64,000 nt of DNA from IMG/VR virus record IMGVR_UViG_3300035670_000058, positions 32,001 through 96,000 of that record, one strand, 5' to 3'. The stretch comes from a virus. The notes under the pieces are model-generated. The model was not told the origin of the DNA and searched no databases. It saw nothing but the letters and a program-made list of their open reading frames with translations. Both the position numbers and the translations under genes were made by a program. The first letter of the stretch is position 1. Each line of letters begins with the position of its first letter. This document shows positions 10,508 to 20,889 of the stretch, piece after piece.

Positions 10508-10993
10508 TTGTCCCGGCTGTCGGGACAGGCCAAGTATAGCACACAGGAGGCCAGATATCTGGATGATGACGTAGACATTTATAAGACCTGTGTTTTGTGC
10601 AATCTCTCAAAGACCTTGGATGATTTCCACCGCGCAAAGCGAAACAAGTACGGTCGGCGCAACTACTGCAAAGAATGCGACCGAAAGGTTAGAGATAAGA
10701 AAATTATCCTACCTCCCCGTGGTGAGCAAACACCCTATACAAAGGAACAGAAGAAAGATTGGAATCTTAAGCGTTCCTATGGGATTACACTAGACCAGTT
10801 TAAAGCAATGAGTTTATCCCAACAACACAAGTGCGCAATATGTCTTGAAGAAAAGAAACTTTATGTAGATCACGATCACTCAACAGGCGAAGTCAGAGCA
10901 TTGCTCTGTAATACTTGTAATAGAGCCTTAGGTTTTCTACATGAGGATATAGACCTTATGCAACGCGCCATACAGTATATAAGGAGTTTTTAA
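10508..10993 (+). CDS. Endonuclease VII-like HNH endonuclease
   Basis: YGITLDQF..Q..KCAIC...VDHDH.TG.VRALLC..CNRALG signature. Confidence 0.85.
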   Translation: MSRLSGQAKYSTQEARYLDDDVDIYKTCVLCNLSKTLDDFHRAKRNKYGRRNYCKECDRKVRDKKIILPPRGEQTPYTKEQKKDWNLKRSYGITLDQFKAMSLSQQHKCAICLEEKKLYVDHDHSTGEVRALLCNTCNRALGFLHEDIDLMQRAIQYIRSF

Positions 10994-11728
10994 ATGCCGT
11001 TCTCTGAAGAGCCTAGAACATATAGTGAGACTAGAAATCGTACCAGCACTAGTTACGTTAAGTTTTCTCCTGATTACCGAGTAGTTCTGAGGATTCTTGA
11101 TAATAGAGCGAAAGTAATCTGGAAGCATTGGCTTCCTATGGCAAATGGCGGCAAGGGATTTGCTGTCAATTGCCCTAACACTTCATCTCAGGTACGTCCT
11201 TGCCCCATCGAGAAGATGCTGGAAGGACTTGCTCAGGATGACCCCAAGCGAAGGGAGTTAGGCTCACGCAGACGCTTTGTCGTCAACGTGCTGGATCGCA
11301 CCCCGCATACCGTTTGTGATTCCTGCGGGAATACTACCCCCGGTAAGAAGTGTCAGTTCTGCAAGGCTGATGTTTCTAAGAATGAGTTTGTTCCGCTCAA
11401 CAAGGTCAAGATTCTTGAGGGTGGACCTGAGTTGTTCAACAAGACTCTTAACCCGATTGAGAAGATGTATGTCGAGGATCATGGTGTCAACATTGATGCT
11501 TATGATCTTGTCTTTATGACGCAGGGTGTTGGTCGTGATCGTCAGATTGCTGCTAATCCTCTGAAGGTTGAGGAGTTGCCTGAGGAGGCATTCCTTGATG
11601 AGAATGGTGAGCGCCAGAAGTTGTTTGATCTGGAGATGCTTGCTGAGCCTACCAGCATCGAAGAGATTGATATGTACCTTGCTGGTGCAACAATCAAGGA
11701 AGTCAATGACGCCCGTGGGGTGAAGTAG
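10994..11728 (+). CDS. Single-stranded DNA-binding protein (gp32-like, Zn-binding)
   Basis: LRIL..HW..CP..CPI..RFVVNVLDR..VKIL..YDL motif series, acidic tail, replication context. Confidence 0.65.
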   Translation: MPFSEEPRTYSETRNRTSTSYVKFSPDYRVVLRILDNRAKVIWKHWLPMANGGKGFAVNCPNTSSQVRPCPIEKMLEGLAQDDPKRRELGSRRRFVVNVLDRTPHTVCDSCGNTTPGKKCQFCKADVSKNEFVPLNKVKILEGGPELFNKTLNPIEKMYVEDHGVNIDAYDLVFMTQGVGRDRQIAANPLKVEELPEEAFLDENGERQKLFDLEMLAEPTSIEEIDMYLAGATIKEVNDARGVK

Positions 11729-12181
11729 ATGGGGGTTGATTGGGATGCTCATCTAGTATTTGGATACGATCTAGGATTTCCTGATGAGGTTATACCCTAC
11801 GACGAAGAGCCATCTTGGTATGATCCTGAAGATGATGATTTACACCAGCAGTTGAATGATGCTTTGCTAGATAAACTTGCAGGATTCTCAGATAAATGGA
11901 CTAGGGAGGATACAAGTTACTGGGAACGAAGGAGCAGAGCAGAGGCTAAAATAGGCGTTGAAATATGGAATTATTGCTCGCTCTATGAGCGTGATTCCGC
12001 AGGACTTATTCTTGGGACTAAAGGATATCGAGCCTCAGAGGATGAGGTTGCAGAGATTACATCCGAAGACCTTGTTATTGATCCTGAATGGATTGAAAGG
12101 TTGGATAATGCGATTGCTGCCCTTGGTTTGAAGCCTAAGAATAGTAAACCCGCGTGGCTACTGTGCGCTTTAATGAGTTAA
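11729..12181 (+). CDS. Hypothetical acidic protein
   Basis: ORF abutting SSB. Confidence 0.65.
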   Translation: MGVDWDAHLVFGYDLGFPDEVIPYDEEPSWYDPEDDDLHQQLNDALLDKLAGFSDKWTREDTSYWERRSRAEAKIGVEIWNYCSLYERDSAGLILGTKGYRASEDEVAEITSEDLVIDPEWIERLDNAIAALGLKPKNSKPAWLLCALMS

Positions 12182-12191
12182 ATATGGAGGA

Positions 12192-12557
12192 TTGATGGAG
12201 CAAGCGAAGCCCCTCTCACGATGGCGCTTCGAATTGCAGTCCATAGGAAAGCGACACTGGCCGGTATTCTACAGGGAATTCCTTGGAGTACCGGCCTCTT
12301 CCATTCCTAGGCTGTATAAGGCTCTGAATAACTACGGATTCTGGCCTTTGTTTGAAGCCATTGTGGAGTCAAGTGATAGAGAGTTAACCGGCGATCCCCT
12401 CAACTATGTGATCGCTGTAGCAAAAAATAAGTGGAAGGAAAAGGAACAGGAAAGCGAGACAGACGAAGCCTATCTGTCAGAGATTGATGCGGCTAAACGC
12501 CACAGCCAGCAGCGTAATGAGGAGTTGGCGCGCAAGTTGAAGAAGGTGAAAAAATGA
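12192..12557 (+). CDS. Hypothetical protein (possible replication accessory factor)
   Basis: SD GGAGG; PLNYVIAV..NKW motif loosely reminiscent of DnaD-like domains. Confidence 0.45.
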   Translation: MMEQAKPLSRWRFELQSIGKRHWPVFYREFLGVPASSIPRLYKALNNYGFWPLFEAIVESSDRELTGDPLNYVIAVAKNKWKEKEQESETDEAYLSEIDAAKRHSQQRNEELARKLKKVKK

Positions 12558-12636
12558 ACGAGAGTCTGTGGTGGATTGTCATGTTCTTTGTGTTTGTAGG
12601 ATTAGCCAATCTAATGGCTGCTTTAGGAAAACCTAA

Positions 12637-13320
12637 ATGAGATTGCTTGATTTGTATTGTGGAGCGGGGCTGGCGGCAGATGGTTATGCTGCACTAGGAT
12701 TTGAAATTACTGGTGTGGATATACGACCCCAGCCCCACTATCCGTATGAGTTTATTCAAGGGGATGCCTTAGAGTATCTAAGGACTACTGACTTGAGTCA
12801 GTATGACATTATCCATGCCTCCCCGCCATGTCAGTTGTTTACAAGAGCAAAGCATCTGCGCACAGCGCAGGGTAGCAAAGCAAAAGAAAAGATTGACTTG
12901 CTAACACCTACTTTAAGCGTGCTTGCTGATCTCCCTATTCCTTGGGTAGTAGAAAATGTGGAGGGTGCCAAGAGCATTATGCCCTCCGATAGCGTGCGCT
13001 TATGTGGGTCCTACTTCCGTCTTGATGTGCAACGCCATAGGTTATTTGCTTCCAACATGGAAATCATTGGGACTCCTTGTGAGCATTGGAGATTTCCTAT
13101 TGATAGGGAGAGCCTGAGGCCACGACCTTGGGGAGTGTATCACGTACCGGGTGACTCTATCCCTAAGGGTGGACGAACAGCAAGAGATGCTGCCCATGCA
13201 CAGGAATTGATGGGGGTTGAACGTAACCTTCCTTGGGATTCCCTCAAAGAAGGATTCCCTCCTGCTTATACTTCATGGATAGGTGCATGGATTATTACTA
13301 ATCATTACTTGGGAGGTTAG
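12637..13320 (+). CDS. DNA cytosine-C5 methyltransferase
   Basis: LDLYCGAG (motif I), HASPPCQ (IV), VENV (VI), QRHRLF (VIII). Confidence 0.9.
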   Translation: MRLLDLYCGAGLAADGYAALGFEITGVDIRPQPHYPYEFIQGDALEYLRTTDLSQYDIIHASPPCQLFTRAKHLRTAQGSKAKEKIDLLTPTLSVLADLPIPWVVENVEGAKSIMPSDSVRLCGSYFRLDVQRHRLFASNMEIIGTPCEHWRFPIDRESLRPRPWGVYHVPGDSIPKGGRTARDAAHAQELMGVERNLPWDSLKEGFPPAYTSWIGAWIITNHYLGG

Positions 13321-14628
13321 ATGACGAATCTAGTACCCTTTAACGAGGATTTTGAACGCGCAGTAATCATTGCGGTTCTCTCTGACCCGATGCTTCTGCC
13401 TAGGGTCAATCAAATAATCAACGCTGATGATTTCTTCAAGTCACAGAACAAGGAGATTTTTTCAGCCATCGAAGAAGTCGGGGTGGATAACCTTGACTCT
13501 CTTACTGTTGAAGATAAATTAAAGTCCGATACCAAGGACTACTTCAAGAATCTAGTTGAGGATTCCAGCCGCTATCTGCCCAGCATGAGCAACATCATGT
13601 ACTACGCCGATACTATCAAGGGCAAGGCAAGGATGCGGGCAGGAATTGATCTTGGTAGAGATATTGTAACGCTCTGCTATAACCCAGAGATGGATGCTGA
13701 TGATGCAATGCATCAGTTGGAGCAGAAATTCTCTACCTTCTTGCAGCAGAAGGTGCTTGACAATGTAACTGAATCAAGCACAGAAGCATTCAAAGAATTC
13801 TATGCCAACCTAGGCAAGCATGCCTATGATCCCAAGGCTGTGACGACTGGCTATCAGGCTATTGATCTGATGCTGCACAGACTTGAAGGATTGATTGTAT
13901 TGGCTGCACGCCCAAGCGTAGGCAAGACGGCACTTGCAATCAACATCACTCGCAACGTTGCTGAGAAGCACAAGGTCTTGTTCTTTTCACTAGAACAAAC
14001 CAGAGAGCAAATCTTTGAGAGAATGCTCTCAATTGAGAGCGAAGTAAACCTTGAGGACATACGCACAGGAGCCTTCCTAGCCAGTCCACAAGACACGCAG
14101 AGGCTCGATAGGGCCAAGGATAGTCTCTTGGTAGCCCTAGAGAATATTCATGTTGATGAACAACCGGAAATCCCTACGTCATATATCTCTAGCGTAGCAC
14201 GCCAGAAGAAATATGAATGGGGGGAGATTGGATTAATTGTAATTGACTATCTGCATATTGTTAAACTGAATAACAAACAGGTAGTTGATGCGCTGGGTGA
14301 TGCCACCAAGGAGATTAGAGCCTTGGGCAAGGAGTTAGGATGCCCAGTTATTCTATTGGCACAGCTTAAAAGATTAGATACTAACGATGCTAGCGGTAAG
14401 AGAAAGGCAAATCGTAGGCCCGACCTAACCGATCTACGCTCATCTGGAGAGATCGAACAGTCAGCAGATGTGGTTATTTTCCTGCATAGAGAGTCATATT
14501 ATGAGCAAGCAGGACTAGCCCCAGATAATGATGTAGTAGAGGTTATTGTAAAGAAGCACAGAAATGGCCGGCAAGGAATTGCTACCCTTCAATGGCTTCC
14601 ACAGTATGTTAAGTTTAAAGACTTATAG
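13321..14628 (+). CDS. dnaB: Replicative DNA helicase
   Basis: AARPSVGKT, FFSLE, VIDYL, LAQL, DLRSSGEIEQSADVV, KHRNG. Confidence 0.95.
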   Translation: MTNLVPFNEDFERAVIIAVLSDPMLLPRVNQIINADDFFKSQNKEIFSAIEEVGVDNLDSLTVEDKLKSDTKDYFKNLVEDSSRYLPSMSNIMYYADTIKGKARMRAGIDLGRDIVTLCYNPEMDADDAMHQLEQKFSTFLQQKVLDNVTESSTEAFKEFYANLGKHAYDPKAVTTGYQAIDLMLHRLEGLIVLAARPSVGKTALAINITRNVAEKHKVLFFSLEQTREQIFERMLSIESEVNLEDIRTGAFLASPQDTQRLDRAKDSLLVALENIHVDEQPEIPTSYISSVARQKKYEWGEIGLIVIDYLHIVKLNNKQVVDALGDATKEIRALGKELGCPVILLAQLKRLDTNDASGKRKANRRPDLTDLRSSGEIEQSADVVIFLHRESYYEQAGLAPDNDVVEVIVKKHRNGRQGIATLQWLPQYVKFKDL

Positions 14629-14638
14629 TAGGTGATCT

Positions 14639-14854
14639 ATGGTGGATAAAGAGTTTAAATTATATGATGAAGCTCCAGGATTTTGGTTATATATTGCCCT
14701 GTCTCTTGCTGCTGATGTGAGCGAAAATCCACTGTTATCTGCTAAGAGTCCTTACAGTAAATTAGAGCGGTATAAGTACGATCTTTATACCACTTTCAAG
14801 GAAGCGGCTGAATCATATAATAAGCGCTCCAAGCGAGGTAAATACATTGGGTAG
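14639..14854 (+). CDS. Hypothetical protein
   Basis: SD AGGTGA, operon context. Confidence 0.5.
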   Translation: MVDKEFKLYDEAPGFWLYIALSLAADVSENPLLSAKSPYSKLERYKYDLYTTFKEAAESYNKRSKRGKYIG

Positions 14855-15491
14855 ACTAGTAAATTCAAAGAGGAAATTCGTATGCACTAAATGTCAAGGA
14901 CAGCAGATGGTATGGGAGGGGAAGTGCCGGTCATGCACGGCTATTGGTACGCTGGAGGAAGTGAATCTGACAAATGTACGGACAAAGAGTACCGAAACAA
15001 ACGAGCAGCGACGGCTTAGACGACGCTCTAAGGATTCTGAGAGAGGAATTGCTAAGCGAATGGTCGCAGCAGATGGACCCGATCCATCCTTTAGTAAGAT
15101 CGCTTCTAGCACGGGGCGTATTGGGCATATATCTAACATACGTGTTGATGCTGTTAGTAGAACCTACGTAACAGAGAATAAGAACAGGAAGATGCCTACG
15201 TGGCTGATTCAAGCGTGGGTACTAATTAATCAGAGGGGTGAAGATTTCCAGAAGAACGTGCTTCTGCACATTGATCCGCCCAACATGCCCAGAGATTATC
15301 AGTCTCAGGGTATGAAAAAGAAACTGGACACGATGGCAATCATCACGCAGTCTCGCCATGAAGAATTGATCCGCAAAGAAAAGGCTCTAGGTGAGTTGGA
15401 AAAGATTCTTTTTACCGATGTGAAGGACGCTGCCAAACTGGAACAGGCCCAGAATTTGTTCATCTATGATGAATTGGACAAGACGCCTTGA
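14847..15491 (+). CDS. RadA-type zinc ribbon fused to a putative PD-(D/E)XK resolvase-like nuclease
   Basis: FVCTKC...WEGKCRSC..IGTLEE matches the RadA/Sms N-terminal Zn ribbon; SER.IA...VD......ENK resembles Hjc-type active site. Confidence 0.5.
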   Translation: MGRLVNSKRKFVCTKCQGQQMVWEGKCRSCTAIGTLEEVNLTNVRTKSTETNEQRRLRRRSKDSERGIAKRMVAADGPDPSFSKIASSTGRIGHISNIRVDAVSRTYVTENKNRKMPTWLIQAWVLINQRGEDFQKNVLLHIDPPNMPRDYQSQGMKKKLDTMAIITQSRHEELIRKEKALGELEKILFTDVKDAAKLEQAQNLFIYDELDKTP

Positions 15492-15648
15492 CCCTCGGGA
15501 GGGCAGATTAGTACAATCAAGGCATGATCTGCAACACCCCCTTAACAGAGCCGCAACCTTCGGACAAAGCAGTGGGGGTATCGGGGGCGACAAAGCAGTG
15601 TCACATGGCCTATATCGAAAGGTATAGTCGCCCACTATCGGAGGATGG

Positions 15649-16441
15649 ATGGAAATTTGTGACGACTTTTGGGATGAGTTTTTACGATGGGCTTTGGCGT
15701 TCAATAAGGTAAAAAAGGACGCGGATATCTACGACGTTTTTGACTGGATTCGTTCTCGTCAGCCGGGTGCTTCTCCTTACTCTCCCACATTCCTTGAAAA
15801 AATTGACAAGGAGATTGAAAAGGAGTTGGGTCCGTGGACATAGAACAATTGATAGAAGAAATCCGTGGGTATCGGCAGCAGTTGAACGTTGAAAGAGAAG
15901 GCGAACATCTCTACAGCAACTATCAGGAAGTGATGGCTGTCATGTGGAGAGTGTCGGAAATACGTGAGGAGATTTCCTATCTGGAGTTACTAGGAACAGC
16001 AACACCACAGCAGCGTAAGTTTCGTACCGCTATCTTGGACCCCTTTATTGACAGGCTCCATGATATGGCAACGTTTGAGAGTAGAAAGATTACCGCAAAA
16101 GGTATTGAAGCAAAGGTGGACAGATGACGGAGTATTACCAGCATCTCAATGATGCCCTCAAGCCTAACAATAGTGAGGGCATTCTTGAAGAGTGGGAAGT
16201 TGAAGCAATCATCATCTCGTTTGTTGGAAAGCGGGGGGAAGATGGAGCATCAGAGGAAGAAATCTTTCAGGTTATCAAGTGGTGCGAGGAGATGCGTATT
16301 GGTGCCGAGTTAGTCAACCTTGTTTGCAAAGGTATCGTTGATATCAATCTGAAGGATGGCGAACCAGTATTTAGTGCTACGCCTGAGGGGCTGGAAGCAC
16401 TCAAGCAGGAAGAGGAGAAGAACAATGGCGCATTTAACTGA
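15649..16441 (+). CDS. Three small hypothetical proteins (15649-15843, 15834-16127, 16124-16441)
   Basis: Overlapping start/stop codons with SD sequences. Confidence 0.55.
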
Positions 16442-16658
16442 GATGTTTTATAGCGATGACGAGTTGGATACTACCATTATCTTTAATGGTGCCCTGACAA
16501 CGGCATTTGTTTCTAGCCGCGAGTTGGGTGTCTATGCAAAGGGTAATGCGAAGCATAATTCTGAGGATGCTTACAACCAGCAAGTTGGTATGGACCTTGC
16601 TGTTGCTCGCGCTCGATCTCGCCTCTATAGCAAGATTGCAAAGCGCTTGGCGCGATGA
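16425..16658 (+). CDS. Small dsRBD-like / DUF1876-like phage protein
   Basis: G.AKHNSEDAYNQQVGMDLAVARA motif; SD AGGAG before ATG 16425. Confidence 0.5.
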   Translation: MAHLTEMFYSDDELDTTIIFNGALTTAFVSSRELGVYAKGNAKHNSEDAYNQQVGMDLAVARARSRLYSKIAKRLAR

Positions 16659-16820
16659 ATAGACCCACGTATAGGACTACGGATACATCCTTTGGATGCC
16701 TAGGATGCCTAGTTATCTGGGCTATCTATCTAGGTATTGCGGGTGTAACTATAGCGTTTTTTGTTTGGGTAATTGTTACGGTACTAAATTTTTTGAATGT
16801 ACTTTAAGGAGTGATTTAAT

Positions 16821-17644
16821 GTGCCTCTTAATCCCGCTAAATTAGGAGAGAAAACATATAGGCGTCAATTCAAACTTATGAACCGTGTCGGTCAATTAGG
16901 TCGGCAGGGAGTACACGGGCCGGTGGAGAAAAGTGAGAAGAGGATACTTAATGCACACCTTGCTAAGTCGAAGGCGACTACTAAGAAGCGCACTTCGAAG
17001 GGGTAGATAATGAGGGTAAAGATTGCCAGTACATCTACTTACTATGAGGCAATGATTCTGCGCAACGAGTTGCAGGAGAAGTATCCAGAGAAGACTTTCC
17101 AGATTAGGAAGACTGACAAGGGCACACGTTTTGTTGTGACTGAGCGAGTATTCACCAAGACTGAAAAGGGTAAGAAGCATGGCAATTCTTTCTGAGATTA
17201 CCTACAACCGCCTTGCACGCAGCAAGGATATTGCGTATCTTCTCCTGCTCAATGACTATAATGAGTCGGTCAAGACAGGCAAGTTGGTGACCTTGAAGCA
17301 TACCACTACTAAAATCAAGACACGTTGGGAGACTGAGGATTCGTCTAATACCTCCCCCTTCACGTATGCAGCACTCATCATTGGGACCAAGAGTGTTGTC
17401 ATCTCAAGCATCCGTCCCATTGAGCGGACTGAATACGGTTACATGGATTTAGAGTATGACAGCCTCTGATAAAATCCCGCTTGAAGTTGAAACAGAGATG
17501 CAGATCATAGCCAACATGCTTGACTACAGTCAAGATTATAACTGGCTTGATCCTAAAGTATATGATATCGTCATCTCTGACGCATTAAAACTTATCAAAG
17601 CAGCAACATATGCTCGCTTGGAGGTAATGAAAAAGCAGACCTGA
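16821..17644 (+). CDS. Four small hypothetical proteins (16821-17006, 17010-17195, 17179-17469, 17456-17644)
   Basis: Tightly packed co-directional ORFs. Confidence 0.5.
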
Positions 17645-17657
17645 AAGGTGTGATTAT

Positions 17658-18434
17658 TTGAGACACATATCCTACAGTTTCCTTCACTTACTGGCTTGCC
17701 CCTATGCAGCCTTCCTCAGATACGAGGGAGCCATACGGGCACCAGCAAATGAGTACCTAGCGCTTGGAAACGCTCTGCACCTTGCACTTGAGTTGTCCTA
17801 TAAGAAAACAGGACAGTTTGATGCGCAAGGTGCAGCATCTATTTTTACTACAGAGTTTCACCGTCAGATTGATGACGAGGAAATCTTTATTGGCTATCCT
17901 AAGAAGAAAAAGATGGAAGCAGAGGGCATCAACATGCTTGCCCTCTATGCACACGATGTTGAGTCAGGGAAAATCCCTGCCACTCCCTTGGACCATGAAG
18001 TAGAATTCAAGATACCGTTCAAGGATATCTATATCGTGGGCCGGATAGATAAGGTAGAGTTTGATCCTGCTATTGGCTACGATATTATCGACTATAAGAG
18101 TGGGAGTCAGGAGCCTGACCCTTGGTTCCTTCGCCACAATATCCAGTTAACTGTGTATGCGTGGGCATGCTTAGAGTTATACGGAGAGTTGCCCCATCGA
18201 GTTAAGTGGCATCATCTCCGCAATGGAAAGATTCTTGAAACAGAAAGGACAATGGAAGATATCGAGGATGTGAAGGTGATGATCTCCAACGCTATCTTGA
18301 TGGATAAGAAGGAGATCAGGCACAGAATCTTCCACGATCAGATTTGTAAATGGTGTGACTATCGTGGCCCCATCTGTGACGACAAAGGTTTGGAGGAAAG
18401 GATTCTCAGTGAACGAAAAGCAAAGCGTAATTGA
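17658..18434 (+). CDS. PD-(D/E)XK RecB/AddB-family (Cas4-like) exonuclease
   Basis: SYS....CP, GNALH, E..F, GRIDKV, IIDYKSG, QL..Y, CKWCDY...C. Confidence 0.9.
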   Translation: MRHISYSFLHLLACPYAAFLRYEGAIRAPANEYLALGNALHLALELSYKKTGQFDAQGAASIFTTEFHRQIDDEEIFIGYPKKKKMEAEGINMLALYAHDVESGKIPATPLDHEVEFKIPFKDIYIVGRIDKVEFDPAIGYDIIDYKSGSQEPDPWFLRHNIQLTVYAWACLELYGELPHRVKWHHLRNGKILETERTMEDIEDVKVMISNAILMDKKEIRHRIFHDQICKWCDYRGPICDDKGLEERILSERKAKRN

Positions 18435-18906
18435 GGGGCTGATACCAATTAAGCATGTTGAACCATACTACAAATTAGCGCTTAAAGAAGCGCAGCAATC
18501 TCCATGTGTCCGACGCAAGTACGGTGTGGCGATTGCATTCGATAACCTTCAAACAGTAATCACCCACAATGCAAGAGTAACCCGTGCATGTAATTCAGCC
18601 TGTGTAAGAGAACGCTATGGCATAATACATGGATCACAAACTGAGTTAGGCGCAGAAGTACATGCTGAACAGGCTGCACTCATCGAGGCCAAGGGTAAGG
18701 GACTTGCCTTTGTATTGGCCGGGTGGAAGGGGGAAAAAGAGTTAAAGGGTGTCAATGTATACCCTTGTCTAGTCTGTGCACGAATGATTAAATATGCAGG
18801 ATATCTCTGGGTTTATATTAAGAACGAGACAGATCAAATTACTCCTGTGAGTATTTATGAAATCATTGAGTACCGTGAGCAAGAATTAGGGCCGGTGTAT
18901 GAATAA
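18409..18906 (+). CDS. dCMP/cytidine deaminase-family protein
   Basis: SPCVRRKYG, HAEQAAL, PCLVC..MI zinc deaminase motifs. Confidence 0.85.
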   Translation: MNEKQSVIEGLIPIKHVEPYYKLALKEAQQSPCVRRKYGVAIAFDNLQTVITHNARVTRACNSACVRERYGIIHGSQTELGAEVHAEQAALIEAKGKGLAFVLAGWKGEKELKGVNVYPCLVCARMIKYAGYLWVYIKNETDQITPVSIYEIIEYREQELGPVYE

Positions 18907-19126
18907 TTATTCAATCAGATTCATCGATGTTATCCCTGACTTTGCTACCCAACTGGGTATCAGTAATCTTGGGTACATGCATGTAGCAGTTAGACAGGCG
19001 GAGTATTATGGGTTCAATGAACTTGCAGAGTGGCTACAAACCGTCGAAGACAGGCTCAAGCGGGCAATCGAGGAAGAATGGAATGCGGAACCCTTCGATA
19101 ATGCTACCGACTCCAACACTTGGTAA
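18899..19126 (+). CDS. Hypothetical protein
   Basis: Overlapping junctions with neighbours. Confidence 0.5.
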   Translation: MNNYSIRFIDVIPDFATQLGISNLGYMHVAVRQAEYYGFNELAEWLQTVEDRLKRAIEEEWNAEPFDNATDSNTW

Positions 19127-19655
19127 CGTGCCTGTAGGATATCGACTGGCTTTCTACGGCCCGATGTCCTCAGGAAAGACTACCTGTGCTGACTATCTGG
19201 TTAAAAACTACGGTTATATTAGACTGTCCCTTGCTGACAAACTCAAGGCTATTGCTTACGAGTTGTATGGGGTGCAAGGAAAAGATGGTGATAACCGCAA
19301 GATTATCCAAGAGTTAGGGGACCGTCTACGCTCATTTGATGATGACGTATTCACTAAGTATCTCTTAGCCACAGTCAGAGAAAGGTATCCTTACAATAAG
19401 GTTGTTATCGATGATCTACGTCTGCCAAGAGAAGCACAACTACTTAAAAAGAACGGCTTTTATCTGGTACAAGTCCAATGCTCCGATGAGGTGCGCCTCG
19501 ACCGGATCAAGGCTCTCTACCCACGCCTCCCAGCAGCCCCACAGAGCCACGGTACGGAAGTCGCTTGGCTCCAGATACCTCCCCACACGGTAGTCAAATC
19601 GGAGGAACCCGCAGACTTATTTGCTCTTGATAGTTTAGTAGCGGGGCTAGACTAA
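19101..19655 (+). CDS. Deoxynucleoside monophosphate kinase
   Basis: GPMSSGKTT P-loop, LADKLK, R..IQELG, VVIDDLRL..E. Confidence 0.85.
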   Translation: MLPTPTLGNVPVGYRLAFYGPMSSGKTTCADYLVKNYGYIRLSLADKLKAIAYELYGVQGKDGDNRKIIQELGDRLRSFDDDVFTKYLLATVRERYPYNKVVIDDLRLPREAQLLKKNGFYLVQVQCSDEVRLDRIKALYPRLPAAPQSHGTEVAWLQIPPHTVVKSEEPADLFALDSLVAGLD

Positions 19656-19657
19656 GT

Positions 19658-20170
19658 ATGCGAGTTGTTTTAGTAGGTACCAAACAGACCCCACGAACGG
19701 CGGTTGCGCGAGAGTTAGAACGAGCCTACAAATTCAAGGTTGTAGGAATGCTAGATGCGGTGGAGAGGATTTACCGCATCATCTATTTTAATAACAAGTG
19801 GAACCGTGTGCGATGGGAAAAGACTGTCAAGATTTATGATGCGCTCTACGAGGTTGATCCTGAGATATGGATTCAATACATGGAGCGCAGACTCAGCACA
19901 TCGACTCAGGATATTGTCATTCCCGATGTTAGATATGTTGCTGAGTTAGACAGGCTGCGCAATCTTGGTTTTACTGTTGTGCGTGTACGAGAAGAGGGGG
20001 GCACCTCTGTTCCACACCCCGGTAAATCATTGCTGGATGCGGGAGAGGGTACCGTTATTGTCCATGAATACTACGGGAAGTTGCCTGTAGACTTCGGAAT
20101 CTCGTTTGAAAATAGAAAAAACATGGTCGAAAACGTAAGTTATTTAGTTTCTAAGTTGAAGGAACGGTAG
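19658..20170 (+). CDS. dNMP-kinase-like paralog with degenerate P-loop
   Basis: DPEIWI, IVIPDVRY..E..L...GF retained, but GTKQTPRT replaces GxxxxGKT. Confidence 0.6.
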   Translation: MRVVLVGTKQTPRTAVARELERAYKFKVVGMLDAVERIYRIIYFNNKWNRVRWEKTVKIYDALYEVDPEIWIQYMERRLSTSTQDIVIPDVRYVAELDRLRNLGFTVVRVREEGGTSVPHPGKSLLDAGEGTVIVHEYYGKLPVDFGISFENRKNMVENVSYLVSKLKER

Positions 20171-20217
20171 TAAGTCTTGTATAATCACTCTAGCCCCTAA
20201 TTACATAGGAGACTAGA

Positions 20218-20688
20218 GTGAGAAAGAAATCAGCACACCTGACGAGACTTATGATCGAGGGTATCAGTAACTATTCTCCCTACAAGGGAGGGAGGCTCAA
20301 CTACATCAGAGAGTACGACCCTGATCCCAACATCAATGTTGATCTGACTACCAAGATCGATATAGACCGGGCAATTGATATCCTCTACAGGCGCAAGGAA
20401 TTATCTGATCAAGAGATACAGATGCTTCGCTACGTCATGGCTGATGGACGATTGTCGCGTCGTGACATATCAAAGATGATCCAAGAAGAGGAAGGCTACT
20501 ACGTAGACCAGCGAACCATATCAAGACGATTGGAGACTGCCTACTCAAAAATCTCCAAGTTTCTTGGCTTTGAATACAGCGACAGTCGTATCTTTAGAAT
20601 GGTGGCTAAACAGATGGGCCGTCCCTACCCATACATTCTATCTGATGATGAGATAGACAAGATACAAACGATAATGGAGAGGGTTTAG
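20218..20688 (+). CDS. Sigma70 region-4-like HTH transcription factor
   Basis: KIDIDRAI..L...EIQML.....LSRRDIS......VDQRTISRRL..AYSKI..FL. Confidence 0.6.
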   Translation: MRKKSAHLTRLMIEGISNYSPYKGGRLNYIREYDPDPNINVDLTTKIDIDRAIDILYRRKELSDQEIQMLRYVMADGRLSRRDISKMIQEEEGYYVDQRTISRRLETAYSKISKFLGFEYSDSRIFRMVAKQMGRPYPYILSDDEIDKIQTIMERV

Positions 20689-20889
20689 ATGCCGAGAGGA
20701 AGACCTAGAAAGGTTCCCGTTGTTGAGGAGCCAGCACCAAGCACAGTGCAACAGATTATAGCAAAGGTGATATCAGAAGAGTGTGGTATCCCTGGCTGCA
20801 TGCCTAAGTTTCATCTTACAGAAGCAGCCAGAGTTATAACAACCTTAGAGCAAGCAGGATATACAATTGGAAAGACCGCTACTTCTTGA
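20689..20889 (+). CDS. Small protein with N-terminal AT-hook
   Basis: MPRGRPRK. Confidence 0.55.
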   Translation: MPRGRPRKVPVVEEPAPSTVQQIIAKVISEECGIPGCMPKFHLTEAARVITTLEQAGYTIGKTATS

